The position numbers and the translations under genes are program-made. From Eledone cirrhosa (Eukaryota), in NCBI GenBank assembly GCA_964016885.1, contig OZ024761.1, positions 10,726,001 through 10,790,000 on the forward strand: a stretch of 64,000 nucleotides of DNA, read 5' to 3'. Of the stretch, positions 24,036-46,000 are shown one piece after another (positions within the stretch are counted from its first letter, which is position 1; the number at the start of each line of letters is the position of its first letter). Under the pieces are notes generated by a model, which saw only the letters and a list, made by a program, of their open reading frames with translations, made no database searches and was not told the DNA's origin.

Positions 24036-24575
24036 TCTTTTACTCTTTTACCTGTTTCAGCCATCCGGCTGAGGCCATGCTGGGGCACCGCCCTTGTTGC
24101 TACACATTTTATCTCCAGCCTGTATAGGTTGGCCACTGGTGTAGGAGGGAGTTTGTTGCTGCTGCCCTTAGGTTTCCCTCGTGTCTTGCTGTGGGCTCAT
24201 CCGGGATCCTGGATAACAAGGTGTCGAGATGTTTCTTAAAGACATCCACCTCCACGTCATGCAAGTCTCGCAGATGCCTCGGCAGCCTGTTGAAGAGTTG
24301 AGGGCCCTTGAATCCCAGGCTATTGCAATACCTGCTCCTTATTCTAGATGTGGAAGACGGGACCTTTGGCACTACACAGTGACGTCCTGTTCGACGGTTG
24401 GTCCAGCTCCCAATGCCAAAGTTTGGTGCTAGTCCCTCCAGGATTTTCCACATGTAGATCACTGCGTATCTCTCCCGTCTTCGCTCCAAGGAGTAGAGGT
24501 TCAGTTCCTTCAGCCTCTCCCAGTAGCTTGTCTCCCTCATCTTGGCAATCCTCTTGGTGTAGCTTCGCTGGATTG

Positions 24576-24836
<261 letters not shown>

Positions 24837-24837
24837 G

Positions 24838-24997
<160 letters not shown>

Positions 24998-25022
24998 TAT
25001 ACATATATATACATGTATATAC

Positions 25023-28922
<3,900 letters not shown>

Positions 28923-28925
<3 letters not shown>

Positions 28926-29496
28926 ACTTTGAATAACTTTGAAATGTTTTGGCCAGTATTGGCCCAGGCCATGTCTAACTTAATAGCACCACCTGGCGAA
29001 GTCTTTCAATTCAGCATTTGGGCACCATGGCCCATTCGAGAAGAGAATTACTGTTTGCGGAGACATATCCGGGTGTGGGTGGTTTGTCCGGGATTACTTG
29101 GAGGAATTTGTCCAAAGACTTCTTGAATTTTGTGTGGTCAGTTTCTGTTTTGACGTGTCCTGGTGTGATGTTGAAGAGAGCAGGGCCGATTGAGGTGAAA
29201 TAATTGTGCCGTATTGTTGTTATGAGTTGCGATTTAGATTTTTGAATGGGACGGAGAGCACGGGGCCCAAGCCTTGGGTGTATCTTGAAGGCAATGTCAA
29301 CATCATTTGGGCAGTGATGATGGAACATTTTCCACATCATGCAGATAATATAACGCTCACGGCGACGTTGGAGTGAGTAAAGTTTCAGGTTTTCTAATCG
29401 ACCCCAGTAGTCAAGGTCTGACATGCCATCTATCTTTTTCGTGATTGCCCTTTGAGGAGCTTCAAGTTTCATGATACTTTGTTTCGTGTGGGGAGA
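28923..29496 (-). mobile_element. CR1/L2-group LINE 3' fragment (same family as 54325-56168), (TTCAAAGTTA)2 tail
   Basis: [13 protein letters not shown]...[19 protein letters not shown]; near-identical to 54325-54897. Confidence 0.9.
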
Positions 29497-29512
29497 TGTG
29501 GACCTACATCTC

Positions 29513-34545
<5,033 letters not shown>

Positions 34546-34560
34546 GTATATATATATATG

Positions 34561-34743
<183 letters not shown>

Positions 34744-34744
34744 G

Positions 34745-34849
<105 letters not shown>

Positions 34850-34856
34850 GTATATA

Positions 34857-36290
34857 TTTTCTTGTTCCGTGTTCAGAACACTATTCCGCCACTTTTTCCT
34901 CACCAGAATGAAATCAATCTGGAACTTGGACAGGTGCATATCTGAGATGTAGGTCCACATCTTCCCCAGATTCTTCCTAAACCCCAGGTTGGTCGCCATC
35001 AAGTTCGCCTCCAGCAGGGTGTCTCTCAGTAGTCTTCCATTTCGGTTGGTGTTGTTATGGAAGTACCAGCAAGGATCTTCACTGCCCTCCTTACTCAGAT
35101 GTGCATTGAAGTCCCCCAAAACAAGCAGGATATTGTGTGCCTGAGTGGTGTTGACAGCCCCACCCACCTCCTCATGGAACTCCTCGGCATTCGCATCACT
35201 GTCCCCCTCGGTTGGACTATAGGCTGAGATGACTGTCAGTCTTGGGTTTCCATTGAAGGTCACCCTCAACACTCGCGGGGAGATAGGCATTATTTCCCTC
35301 ACCAACAGATTGGTTTTTGCACTGAACACAAAACCCACTCCTCCTACTGCAGCATTTGTTGTGTTCTTCACTGCCGATGTAGTGATGAGCTGGCTCTTCC
35401 TCCCGATCATCACACTCCTCACGGGCTCATCGTGTAGAATCCTGTGTTCTTGGATCGCAAGTATCTGTATACCACTCTCCTCGAACAGATGTCCCAACTC
35501 CTCTCTCTTCTCCAGCGTTCGAATAGTCCTCACATTCAAAGTGCCCATTTTGATGGCTCTTCACCAGGACAAAACTGCATTCTTTACATTTGTCTCAGAG
35601 ACAGCTGATCCATCATCCACTGGCCCTCTCTGTGGCTCTAAGCCAGCAAAGTCATAACGACCAGGTTGCTCCTTGACAGTGTAATTAGGGGCTCTAACCC
35701 TAGTGCTGTTAGATCGACTCTCCATATTTCTTTTCAATGGCTGACAATACCTTACCGGCGCCACTCGAATAAGGTAGTTATTTAACCCATAAATGGAGCC
35801 CTAACAGGTACTACCACCCCGGGCCAGGGCAGACCTGGGAGTCATGACAACTAAGGGGTAACTCCACATTCCCCACATCTCCTGAACTCCCGAACTGGAG
35901 CCTTGCCACTGGATGTAGTTTAATGTCATACCCAGGACGAGAATGCTGAGGATGGCTCTGAACATTAATCAGTATACACTGAGGATGAAAAACTCAGAGC
36001 TGTATGGGAGCATCCCAAAAGTCAGCTCAAAAGTGACACAGAGGAGACTGAGGTTAGCTGGACATGCTCACCGACATCCAGAGTTGACATTGCACTCAGT
36101 GCTCCTTTGGGAGCCCCTACATGGACACACTAGAAGAGGAAGACCAAGGTTAACATATGTTGATGCCCTAAGGACAGACACTGGTCTGTTGGAGATGCAG
36201 GATATGGCAGCGATGATGAGGGACAGAGACCGCTGGAGAGAACTCGTTCATGGATATCGGGAATTTTACCCGCCTTAGATAGATAGATAT
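34857..36290. mobile_element. RTE-type LINE with 5' inversion: 5'UTR + APE endonuclease on - (34857-35938), ORF C-terminus + (TAGA)n tail on + (35939-36290)
   Basis: APE motifs [38 protein letters not shown]-terminus RRLRLAGH..RH...LLWEP.HG...RGRPRLTYVD...DRDRWR. Confidence 0.88.
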
Positions 36291-36319
36291 GTATATATAT
36301 GCTGATATAAATATATATG

Positions 36320-37228
36320 TATAAACTGTAAAACTAGGATAAACTGTAAAACTAGAAACGTAGTCTATAGCATAAGATGTACAGAGGGTACTTGCAGAAA
36401 CACGACAACAACATACATAGGTGAGACAGCTCGTAGCATAGGTGAAAGGATAGACCAACACTGGGGGGAACTAAAAGGACGAAAAAACGGGTCAGTACTA
36501 TACGAACATGCTAGACAACAACATGACGGTAACATAGACAACATAGAAATTAGAATAATATCTAAACATAGGAATGACCCAGCAGATAGGCAAATCAGAG
36601 AGGCCAGTGAAATAGAAATTAGAAGACCAAAGCTAAACAGAAAGAATGAGTGGAACAACAACAACACCCAAACAAACAACACTGACCTAAGAGAAGTATA
36701 AATGGGTGGGTGGATTAAATAAAGTAAAATAAGATAAATAAATGCATACACAGGCACATAAACACACACTAGTCACCCAGCAGACACAACACTATACACA
36801 CTAGTCACACATCACACATAACACTATACACACACGCAAACGCATGCGCAAAGAAGACAAAATAAAATAAGATAAACAAACAAGCAAATAAATAAATAAA
36901 TATATAGACAGACTGAACAAAAAAATGGCGTAGACATACAACACAACAGGAGGAACAATGAATATAACACCACTGACGATGTTGCAGATGTGCAACGAAA
37001 GATTTAAGTAAATTATGTAAACTATATATATATGTGTTTGTCTATATTGTATCTGTATTATTTTTGACCGCCGGTCAGTCAATGGCAACATTGAGGACCG
37101 AGTAAGTTAGATCGCAGATATATATATATATATAAGACAGCGAGAAGCGAAAACCAACCAAACAGTGAGTGTGTTCTGTTATTAATTCTGGCAATATTAC
37201 GCAAATATGACCCTCCCCAAATATAACA

Positions 37229-37229
<1 letters not shown>
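36320..37229 (+). mobile_element. PLE family related to A, 5'-truncated (GIY-YIG ~36340-36700 + pLTR with degenerate HHR at 36970-37010)
   Basis: NCKTRNVVYSIRCTEGTC...YIGETARSIGERIDQH...LNRKNEW; CTGACGA-T-GTTGCA/TGCAAC-GAAA; 3' end ATGACCCTCCCCAAATATAACAAT(AT)n like PLE-A. Confidence 0.85.
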
Positions 37230-37265
<36 letters not shown>

Positions 37266-37399
37266 AGTATATATATATGTATATATATATATATATGTAT
37301 ATATATAAGTATATATATATGTATATATATATGTATATATATATGTATATATATATGTATATATATATATGTATATATATATGTATGTATATATATATG

Positions 37400-37430
<31 letters not shown>

Positions 37431-37443
37431 ATATATATGTATG

Positions 37444-37492
<49 letters not shown>

Positions 37493-37493
37493 G

Positions 37494-37524
<31 letters not shown>

Positions 37525-37627
37525 GTGTATATGTATATGTATATATATATATGTGTATATATATATGTATATATATATATATGTATATGTATATATATAT
37601 GTATATATATGTGTATGTATATATATG

Positions 37628-37658
<31 letters not shown>

Positions 37659-37842
37659 GTGTATGTATATATATGTGTATGTATATATATGTGTATGTAT
37701 ATATATGTGTATGTATATATATGTGTATATATATATATGTGTATATATATATATGTGTATATATATATATGTGTATATATATATATATGTGTATGTATAT
37801 ATATGTATATATATGTATATATATATAAATGTATATATATAT
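37230..37842. repeat. Interrupted (TA)n/(TG) tract
   Basis: Direct sequence. Confidence 0.97.
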
Positions 37843-37934
37843 ACTCTTTTATTCTTTTACCTGTTTCAGCCACCCGGCTGAGGCCATGCCGGGGCACCGC
37901 CCTTGTGTATATATATATATATATGTATATATAT

Positions 37935-38045
37935 AGAGATAATTAGTATATTTACCAACATATGCGTACAGATGTACACTACTGTTAGCAAATACATAAG
38001 TTATGTCATAGTACCTAGGTGGTTCAATGCAGGGGGATGCAGAAT
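37935..38045 (-). mobile_element. Diverged fragment of the R557 family
   Basis: GCAAATACA..GTTATGTCATAGTACCTAGGTGGTTCAATGCAGG shared with 31010-31055. Confidence 0.75.
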
Positions 38046-38054
38046 ATATATATG

Positions 38055-38345
38055 TTTCGTTTCTGAATTTGTTTAGCAAGATTCTTTATCTGAAATCGTG
38101 TGTTGAAACCGATATTGTTATACTTTGGGAGGGTCATGTTGCCAATAAGAAACACACGCACCAGTTGCTTTCACTTCAATTTATTATAATAAATTTATAA
38201 ATTTCTGGTTGGTTGGTTCCACAACCAGATAGTTGTTTATATATTGTCAAAGTTCTTTCGTCACACATTCTGTGACCTCTTCAGTGACTGGGGATTCTTT
38301 TCTTTGTTTTTGTGCCTCTCCTTTGTTCCGTCCTACGCCATTTTG
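38055..38345 (-). mobile_element. PLE-A pLTR fragment with HHR
   Basis: Reverse-complement homolog of ~21850-22163. Confidence 0.85.
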
Positions 38346-39240
38346 CAGTGGAATGATAGGGACCCCAGTCCCTATCATCTCATTTCTATATGATGCTATA
38401 TATTAATCGAGAGGAGGAGGTGACTATTATAATTTTTATAAGTAATAATCTTTTAAAGACAAGAGGAAATTTCATCATTAAAATCATAAATATATGTCTA
38501 CAGAATACAGATTATCAAAATGAAATTAAAAGCAAGTAAATCAGGGGCCACTAAACTTTACATATTTAGTTTTATTTCTATCGTGAAAAATGTTGATCTT
38601 GATCTTCAGATATTGGATTATGGCTGTAACTGTCTTTGTGTTTTTACGTGTTTGTTTGAAATCCTTTTTTTAATGTTTGTCTCTCTTTAAACATCGTTTA
38701 TAGTTTGTTAAAATTAATTTTAGATTATTCGTACCTCGTCTGTGTGGTTTATTTTGATGTCGCCTCCCTGTCTGGTTTATTGGTTACATTTTAAATGTGA
38801 TATACAGGAACATCAGACATTAAAATGAAATGTTACGTAAAACACACACCTTGTGTTTATTCCAGGTATTTAGATAGATGTCCAGATGTCCACTGACAAC
38901 AAAATAATACAAAAAAATAATGCCATCATCCAGTGAAACTTGGTAATAATCCAGATTCGTTGCAGTCACCATTTGCAGTAAACAATGGTTAGAAAGAATC
39001 AAAAACAAAAACAAAAGACGTATTCAGCAGTTAATGAAGTGAAAACAAAATAAAAACAACTTTACTGAATAAAATTCATTTCTTAATTTCAATAAGGTTT
39101 TTTGTTCTTTCTTTTATAAAAAAAAAACAAATTTTAATTAAAATATGTTGAATATAATATGGGACATTACTACAAAGTACAGCATTATTAGTTCAAATCT
39201 TACTTAATAAAAGCAACAAATACGCAGTTATTAGTATAGA

Positions 39241-39955
39241 ACCTGACGGAAATCGAACCCTAAATCAGGATCTCCACCGTCTCTAGTACTTACCATTAGG
39301 CCACAGGGACGGTGAGAAAAATGCATTGAAAATTAATATTTACTTACCTATACTAGAAAAAACCGGAAGTGGAGAAAATTGAAAAACTTTTTCTTTTTCT
39401 TCCTCTGATTTTTCAAACAAAAACGAAATTTTTGCCACGAACGATAACTCGTCTCTGACTTAAATCCAAATTTTGGATAAAAAAAAAATCAGAAGCAGAA
39501 AAAGAAGATGTTTTTCAATTTTCTCCACTTCCGGTTTTTTCTAGTAATGAAAAAGTAGGTTTATAAATATCAATTTTCAATAGATTTCCGTAACCGTCCC
39601 TTTAGCCTAGTGGTAAGTATAAGAGCCGGTCCAGGTCCGGGGTTCAATCACTGGCAGTGTGTCGTATTATATTTTTTTATAGTATAAAACAAAAATAAAA
39701 AAGTAACTTTATAAATATTAATTTTCACACTGTTTTTATATCTGTCTCCGTGGCCTAATGGTAGGTATTAGAGACGGTGGAGAACCTGCTCTGGGTTTCG
39801 ATCTCAGTCAAAGTCTATAGACAATAATTTCATTTTTTACTTTGCTAGAGAAAAATTTAAATTTAAAAGTATATAGTACAGATTCGGACTCAGATTGAAC
39901 ACCACATCAGTGTCTACATAGTCTCTAACACCTACCATTAGGCCAACGAAACAGA
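39241..39955. other. Four degenerate tRNA-derived units (-,+,+,-) around a ~200-bp palindrome; duplicated at ~43935-44645
   Basis: A-box TGGCCTAATGG/TAGCCTAGTGG and B-box-like GGTTCGATT/GGTTCAATC at ~39241-39310, 39596-39660, 39744-39815, 39885-39955. Inverted arms 39351-39414/39480-39546. Confidence 0.7.
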
Positions 39956-41854
39956 TACAAGAACATCAGAAAAAAATTAATATTTATAAACCTACTTTCA
40001 ATTTCCAAGCAAAATAGATGTGCTGGCGTTCATGGCTTTCTCATTGTTATTTCTACTAGAATCGGGTCAATGTTTACATTTATTCTTCTGGGGCTTTCAT
40101 AAAATATATTTTCACTTTCTTTCGGGTTCATTAGATCCTACAACCAGATGATCTACAGGGACCTTCTTCATGGTCATAGCTGATTATTAAATATATACGG
40201 GAGAGTGTGTGTGTGTGTGTGTGTGTATTAGATTAGATCTTGCCGTGATGTACTCAGCAATAATAGTTTTCAATTCCGTCGTCCCTCCATCCTTGGTGTG
40301 TATATAAATATATATGTGATTTTAACGTACAACGGCGACAATATATAAATCTGTTTTGTTTGATAATAATTAGATAAAGCTAATTATACAACCGCTGTTA
40401 AACATTGAAACCACGACTATAAAATATAGCAACAACCACGACATAACAGTCTCTGGTTAAATATGATTTAATGAAATTATTAGTAGAGATTGATCCCTAA
40501 TGTTTTATCTCACTCCTTAACCAGGGAGGAAAGGTCCTCAGACTCGGACAATGTTGATAAGGAGAGCAGAGTGTATCCTTATCTGTCACGTCTTTCCAGT
40601 TGTCACGGTATATAAAAGGCAGTATTGTTCATTGTTGTACAGTACTAGTCACTCCTGCGAAAGACGTTGTCAGTTAGCCTTCTGTAACGAGAGAAGAAGG
40701 TCGTGGGTTTTCCCTCCCTATCACATAATGCATACATTTGTCAGCCTTTTGATATCAATATACAAGAGAAAGAAGAAAATTGAGAACTTCGGTCTTTTAA
40801 AAGTAACATTTATTACATTAGAGCAAAATCTTGCATTAACAATATTTTGTGAGACTAAACATGGAATGGACAAAGAGATTATTAGAAGAAGGGCAATTGT
40901 CTCTATCTTAAACGTCAATACATTCTACAGAAAATCGAAATGAGAATAATTACAGAGATACTTTACAAAATGTTTCGCGATATGGTTCAAGTTATTTTGT
41001 AGTAATATGCAGCTATATTTATACATGTCTCTTATACCCCTCCACGAGGAATTGTGAATATGTATGAATATGATTTTAAAGATGGCTAAACATGTTGAAG
41101 AAAAAAAAAAGGAATTCAGATGATAGGAATAATAAAACATTCCTTTGCCGAGAGGTCTAAAATACTAGTTCAATGATATGTGTGATACCACCTAGAATAT
41201 TGTTTTGGGGAGACGCTATTGAAGGAATCCAGAAATGAACAAAACAGAAAACACCAGAATTATTAAGAAATCTATCTTCTGAAGAAAGATGTTAAACTTT
41301 AGGGATTGCAAATTTAGAGTAGATAAATCTAAGAGGGTGGGGTGGGGGGACATGATAGAAATATATATTTAAAGGACTAAAATTTAAATAGTAGTAGTAC
41401 ACTATTCCAATGTAAAGTCCTGACTAACTACATCTTTCGGGGAGATATATCAAACGAGTGACATGATAGAAATATTTAAAATAATGAAAAGACTACAATA
41501 TACAGTATTGCAGAAGTAAATGTAAATATAAGAAGACATCACCATTGTACTGCAGATGAAAGACGGTACTCTTTACATTTATCCCAGGTATATAGAAAGC
41601 TATCCTGATGTCCACTGATTGAAATATAAAACAATAAAGAAACACCACAATCCAGTAAACGTTAGTAATAATCCAATTTCCTCTCAGCCTCCATTTACAG
41701 TTGAAAATAGTAAGAGAAAAACAAAGTCACACTCAGAAGTTAATGCAGTAAAAACAATGAAAATATTATTAATAAATAATAATAATTTCATTTCATATTA
41801 TCATTAAATTGTTTGTCTATTTTTATTGTAAACTTAAAATATACAAATATATAC

Positions 41855-41900
<46 letters not shown>

Positions 41901-41954
41901 ATTATATATATATACTTTCATACATATACATCGATACATTCTGTGAGTATGTCT

Positions 41955-42100
41955 TACTTAAGCAAAAGTCAAGTAATTTGCGGGGAGGAACTAATTCGTT
42001 AAATTGATCCCAGTACATGACTGGTTCTATAAGTTATCTGCTCCAAAATCATAAAATTATGGATTAATCTAAACACTGAGAACACAAAGGTCGGGTAAAA
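41955..42100 (-). mobile_element. Possible decayed SINE fragment (copy ~46635-46770)
   Basis: TTGATCCCAGTACATGACTGGTTCTAT..TTATC resembles a mollusc SINE core; recalled similarity only. Confidence 0.35.
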
Positions 42101-42756
42101 TTATTGAAAACTTGAGGTTTTAATATTTTATCTTTTATTTACAAATTATATGTCTTGGTGCCTTATTTAAGGATATAATGTAGTTATTGGTGGAAATAAT
42201 ATAATATGTGATGAAGAGGTGTATATAACTGTGCATATAGAATTGTTTTAATCATTATTTTTAACGGACGAAAAAACTACATAATGACTTCTAGTCGGAG
42301 CTACGGGAAATTACGGCAAAGACCCTCAATGAAGGTTCAAATATTACGCACCGAACACATTATCGATATATAGGAATCGGGCTAAACAATTTACGGGCAC
42401 GTCGCTCTAAGTTGGAATATTTTTCACACACACAGACACGGGAGTTAGGTATGACATATTTCAAATAAGAGAACATTATTACAGACGGAGTCATTGTAGG
42501 TTCAAATCATTATTAGACCGATCAGAAAGAAAATGGATATTTAATTCATGAAAAAACCTGAAGTGTGAAAGACAGAGTCGACCCTTTCTAGTAACAACAC
42601 TAAGAAAGCCATGAACGCCACCACGTCCTAAATCTAACTCTGCGAACGTCATATCAAATCGAAATACTTCACCAACTGTGGAAGATGAAGGATTGAAGAA
42701 CTATGATATATAGCTAACAGACTTGTCTCCAGAACATTTAGTAGGGTGTAAGCCAA

Positions 42757-43075
42757 GTGTTGCCAAATATTTTGTCGTCATTACCCACATTCACATGAAA
42801 AAATGTTCCACCAGCCACCTGTATAGTAAATATTCCAAAGTATACCAAATATGTTTCGTAAATGTTTGTTCCTGGTTTAATTTTCCCAATAAGCTTCCTG
42901 ATTTTTATTCAGGTTCTTTGCATATATTCCTTGAATAGGTTTTCGGGTAGCATACCTTCTTAAATCTCAAAATTCTATATCGGCCACCAAAGTTTCCAAT
43001 GGCCCTCAATTTTCTGTTCAGCTGCTCATCGCCCACCCAACAGTTGAAACCGCCCAGTTGAGGAACTCCTGTGGG
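42757..43075 (-). pseudogene. Possible decayed Merlin/IS1595-like transposase fragment
   Basis: LGG...VGDE...RK...FGGRYR then, in a shifted frame, IKPGTNIY...FHVN. Motif order is similar to IS1595/Merlin DDE transposases. Confidence 0.35.
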
Positions 43076-46000
43076 TAAGCTACCTCGAATGATGCTATAT
43101 ATTAATCGAGAGGAGGAGGTGACTATTATAATTTTTATAAGTAATAATCTTTTAAAGACAAGAGGAAATTTCATCATTAAAATCATAAATATATGTCTAC
43201 AGAATACAGATTATCAAAATGAAATTAAAAGCAAGTAAATCAGGGGCCACTAAACTTTACATATTTAGTTTTATTTCTATCGTGAAAAATGTTGATCTTG
43301 ATCTTCAGATATTGGATTATGGCTGTAACTGTCTTTGTGTTTTTACGTGTTTGTTTGAAATTCTTTTTTTAATGTTTGTCTCTCTTTAAACATCGTTTAT
43401 AGTTTGTTAAAATTAATTTTAGATTATTCGTACCTCGTCTGTGTGGTTTATTTTGATGTCGCCTCCCTGTCTGGTTTATTGGTTACATTTTAAATGTGAT
43501 ATACAGGAACATCAGACATTAAAATGAAATGTTACGTAAAACACACACCTTGTGTTTATTCCAGGTATTTAGATAGATGTCCAGATGTCCACTGACAACA
43601 AAATAATACAAAAAAATAATGCCATCATCCAGTGAAACTTGGTAATAATCCAGATTCGTTGCAGTCACCATTTGCAGTAAACAATGGTTAGAAAGAATCA
43701 AAAACAAAAGACGTATTCAGCAGTTAATGAAGTGAAAACAAAATAAAAACAACTTTACTGAATAAAATTCATTTCTTAATTTCAATAAGGTTTTTTGTTC
43801 TTTCCTTTATAAAAAAAAAAAAAAATTTTAATTAAAATATGTTGAATATAATATGGGACATTACTACAAAGTACAGCATTATTAGTTCAAATCTTACTTA
43901 ATAAAAGCAACAAATACGCAGTTATTAGTATAGAACCTGACGGAAATCGAACCCTAAATCAGGATCTCCACCGTCTCTAGTACTTACCATTAGGCCACAG
44001 GGACGGTGAGAAAAATGCATTGAAAATTAATATTTACTTACCTATACTAGGAAAAACCGGAAGTGGAGAAAATTGAAAAACTTTTTCTTTTTCTTCCTCT
44101 GATTTTTCAAACAAAAACGAAATTTTTGCCACGAACGATAACTCGTCTCTGACTTAAATCCAAATTTTGGATAAAAAAGAAATCAGAGGAAGAAAAAGAT
44201 GTTTTTCAATTTTCTCCACTTCCGGTTTTTTCTAGTAATGAAAAAGTAGGTTTATAAATATCAATTTTCAATAGATTTCCGTAACCGTCCCTTTAGCCTA
44301 GTGGTAAGTATAAGAGCCGGTCCAGGTCCGGGGTTCAATCACTGGCAGTGTGTCGTATTATATTTTTTTATAGTATAAAACAAAAATAAAAAAGTAACTT
44401 TATAAATATTAATTTTCACACTGTTTTTATATCTGTCTCCGTGGCCTAATGGTAGGTATTAGAGACGGTGGAGAACCTGCTCTGGGTTTCGATCTCAGTC
44501 AAAGTCTATAGACAATAATTTCATTTTTTACTTTGCTAGAGAAAAATTTAAATTTAAAAGTATATAGTACAGATTCGGACTCAGATTGAACACCACATCA
44601 GTGTCTACATAGTCTCTAACACCTACCATTAGGCCAACGAAACAGATACAAGAACATCAGAAAAAAATTAATATTTATAAACCTACTTTCAATTTCCAAG
44701 CAAAATAGATGTGCTGGCGTTCATGGCTTTCTCATTGTTATTTCTACTAGAATCGGGTCAATGTTTACATTTATTCTTCTGGGGCTTTCATAAAATATAT
44801 TTTCACTTTCTTTCGGGTTCATTAGATCCTACAACCAGATGATCTACAGGGACCTTCTTCATGGTCATAGCTGATTATTAAATATATACGGGAGAGTGTG
44901 TGTGTGTGTGTGTGTATTAGATTAGATCTTGCCGTGATGTACTCAGCAATAATAGTTTTCAATTCCGTCGTCCCTCCATCCTTGGTGTGTATATAAATAT
45001 ATATGTGATTTTAACGTACAACGGCGACAATATATAAATCTGTTTTGTTTGATAATAATTAGATAAAGCTAATTATACAACCGCTGTTAAACATTGAAAC
45101 CACGACTATAAAATATAGCAACAACCACGACATAACAGTCTCTGGTTAAATATGATTTAATGAAATTATTAGTAGAGATTGATCCCTAATATTTTATCTC
45201 ACTCCTTAACCAGGGAGGAAAGGTCCTCAGACTCGGACAATGTTGATAAGGAGAGCAGAGTGTATCCTTATCTGTCACGTCTTTCCAGTTGTCACGGTAT
45301 ATAAAAGGCAGTATTGTTCATTGTCGTACAGTACGAGTCACTCCTGCGAAAGACGTTGTCAGTTAGCCATCTGTAACGAGAGAAGAAGGTCGTGGGTTTT
45401 CCCTCCCTATCACATAATGCATACATTTGTCAGCCTTTTGATATCAATATACAAGAGAAAGAAGAAAATTGAGAACTTCGGTCTTTTAAAAGTAACATTT
45501 ATTACGTTAGAGCAAAATCTTGCATTAACAATATTTTGTGAGACTAAACATGGAATGGACATACAGATTATTAGAAGAAGGGCAATTATCTCTATTTTAA
45601 ACGTCAATACATTCTACAGAAAATCGAAATGAGAATAATTACAGAGATACTTTACAAAATGTTTCGCGATATGGTTCAAGTTATTTTGTAGTAATATGCA
45701 GCTATATTTATACATGTCTCTTATACCCTTCCACGAGGACTTGTGAATATGTATGAATATGATTTTAAAGATGGCTAAACATGTTGAAGAAAAAAAAAAG
45801 GAATTCAGATGATAGGAATAATAAAACATTCCTTTGCCGAGAGGTCTAAAATACTAGTTCAATGATATGTGTGATACCACCTAGAATATTGTTTTGGGGA
45901 GACGCTATTGAAGGAATCCAGAAATGAACAAAACAGAAAACACCAGAATTATTAAGAAATCTATCTTCTGAAGAAAGATGTTAAACTTTAGGGATTGCAA

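Noticed and set aside
35760-35938. HDV-like ribozyme in the RTE 5' UTR
   Set aside because: A stem CCTGGG..ATGACA/TGTCAT..CCCAGG is visible, but I could not build the double pseudoknot; needs a descriptor search
39241-39955. Functional tRNA genes
   Set aside because: A/B boxes are present but acceptor and anticodon stems do not form
40551-41200. 130-aa ORF and a SOCS-box-like IPLPRGLKY string as a host gene
   Set aside because: No recognisable domain, nearby stop codons, no clear exon structure
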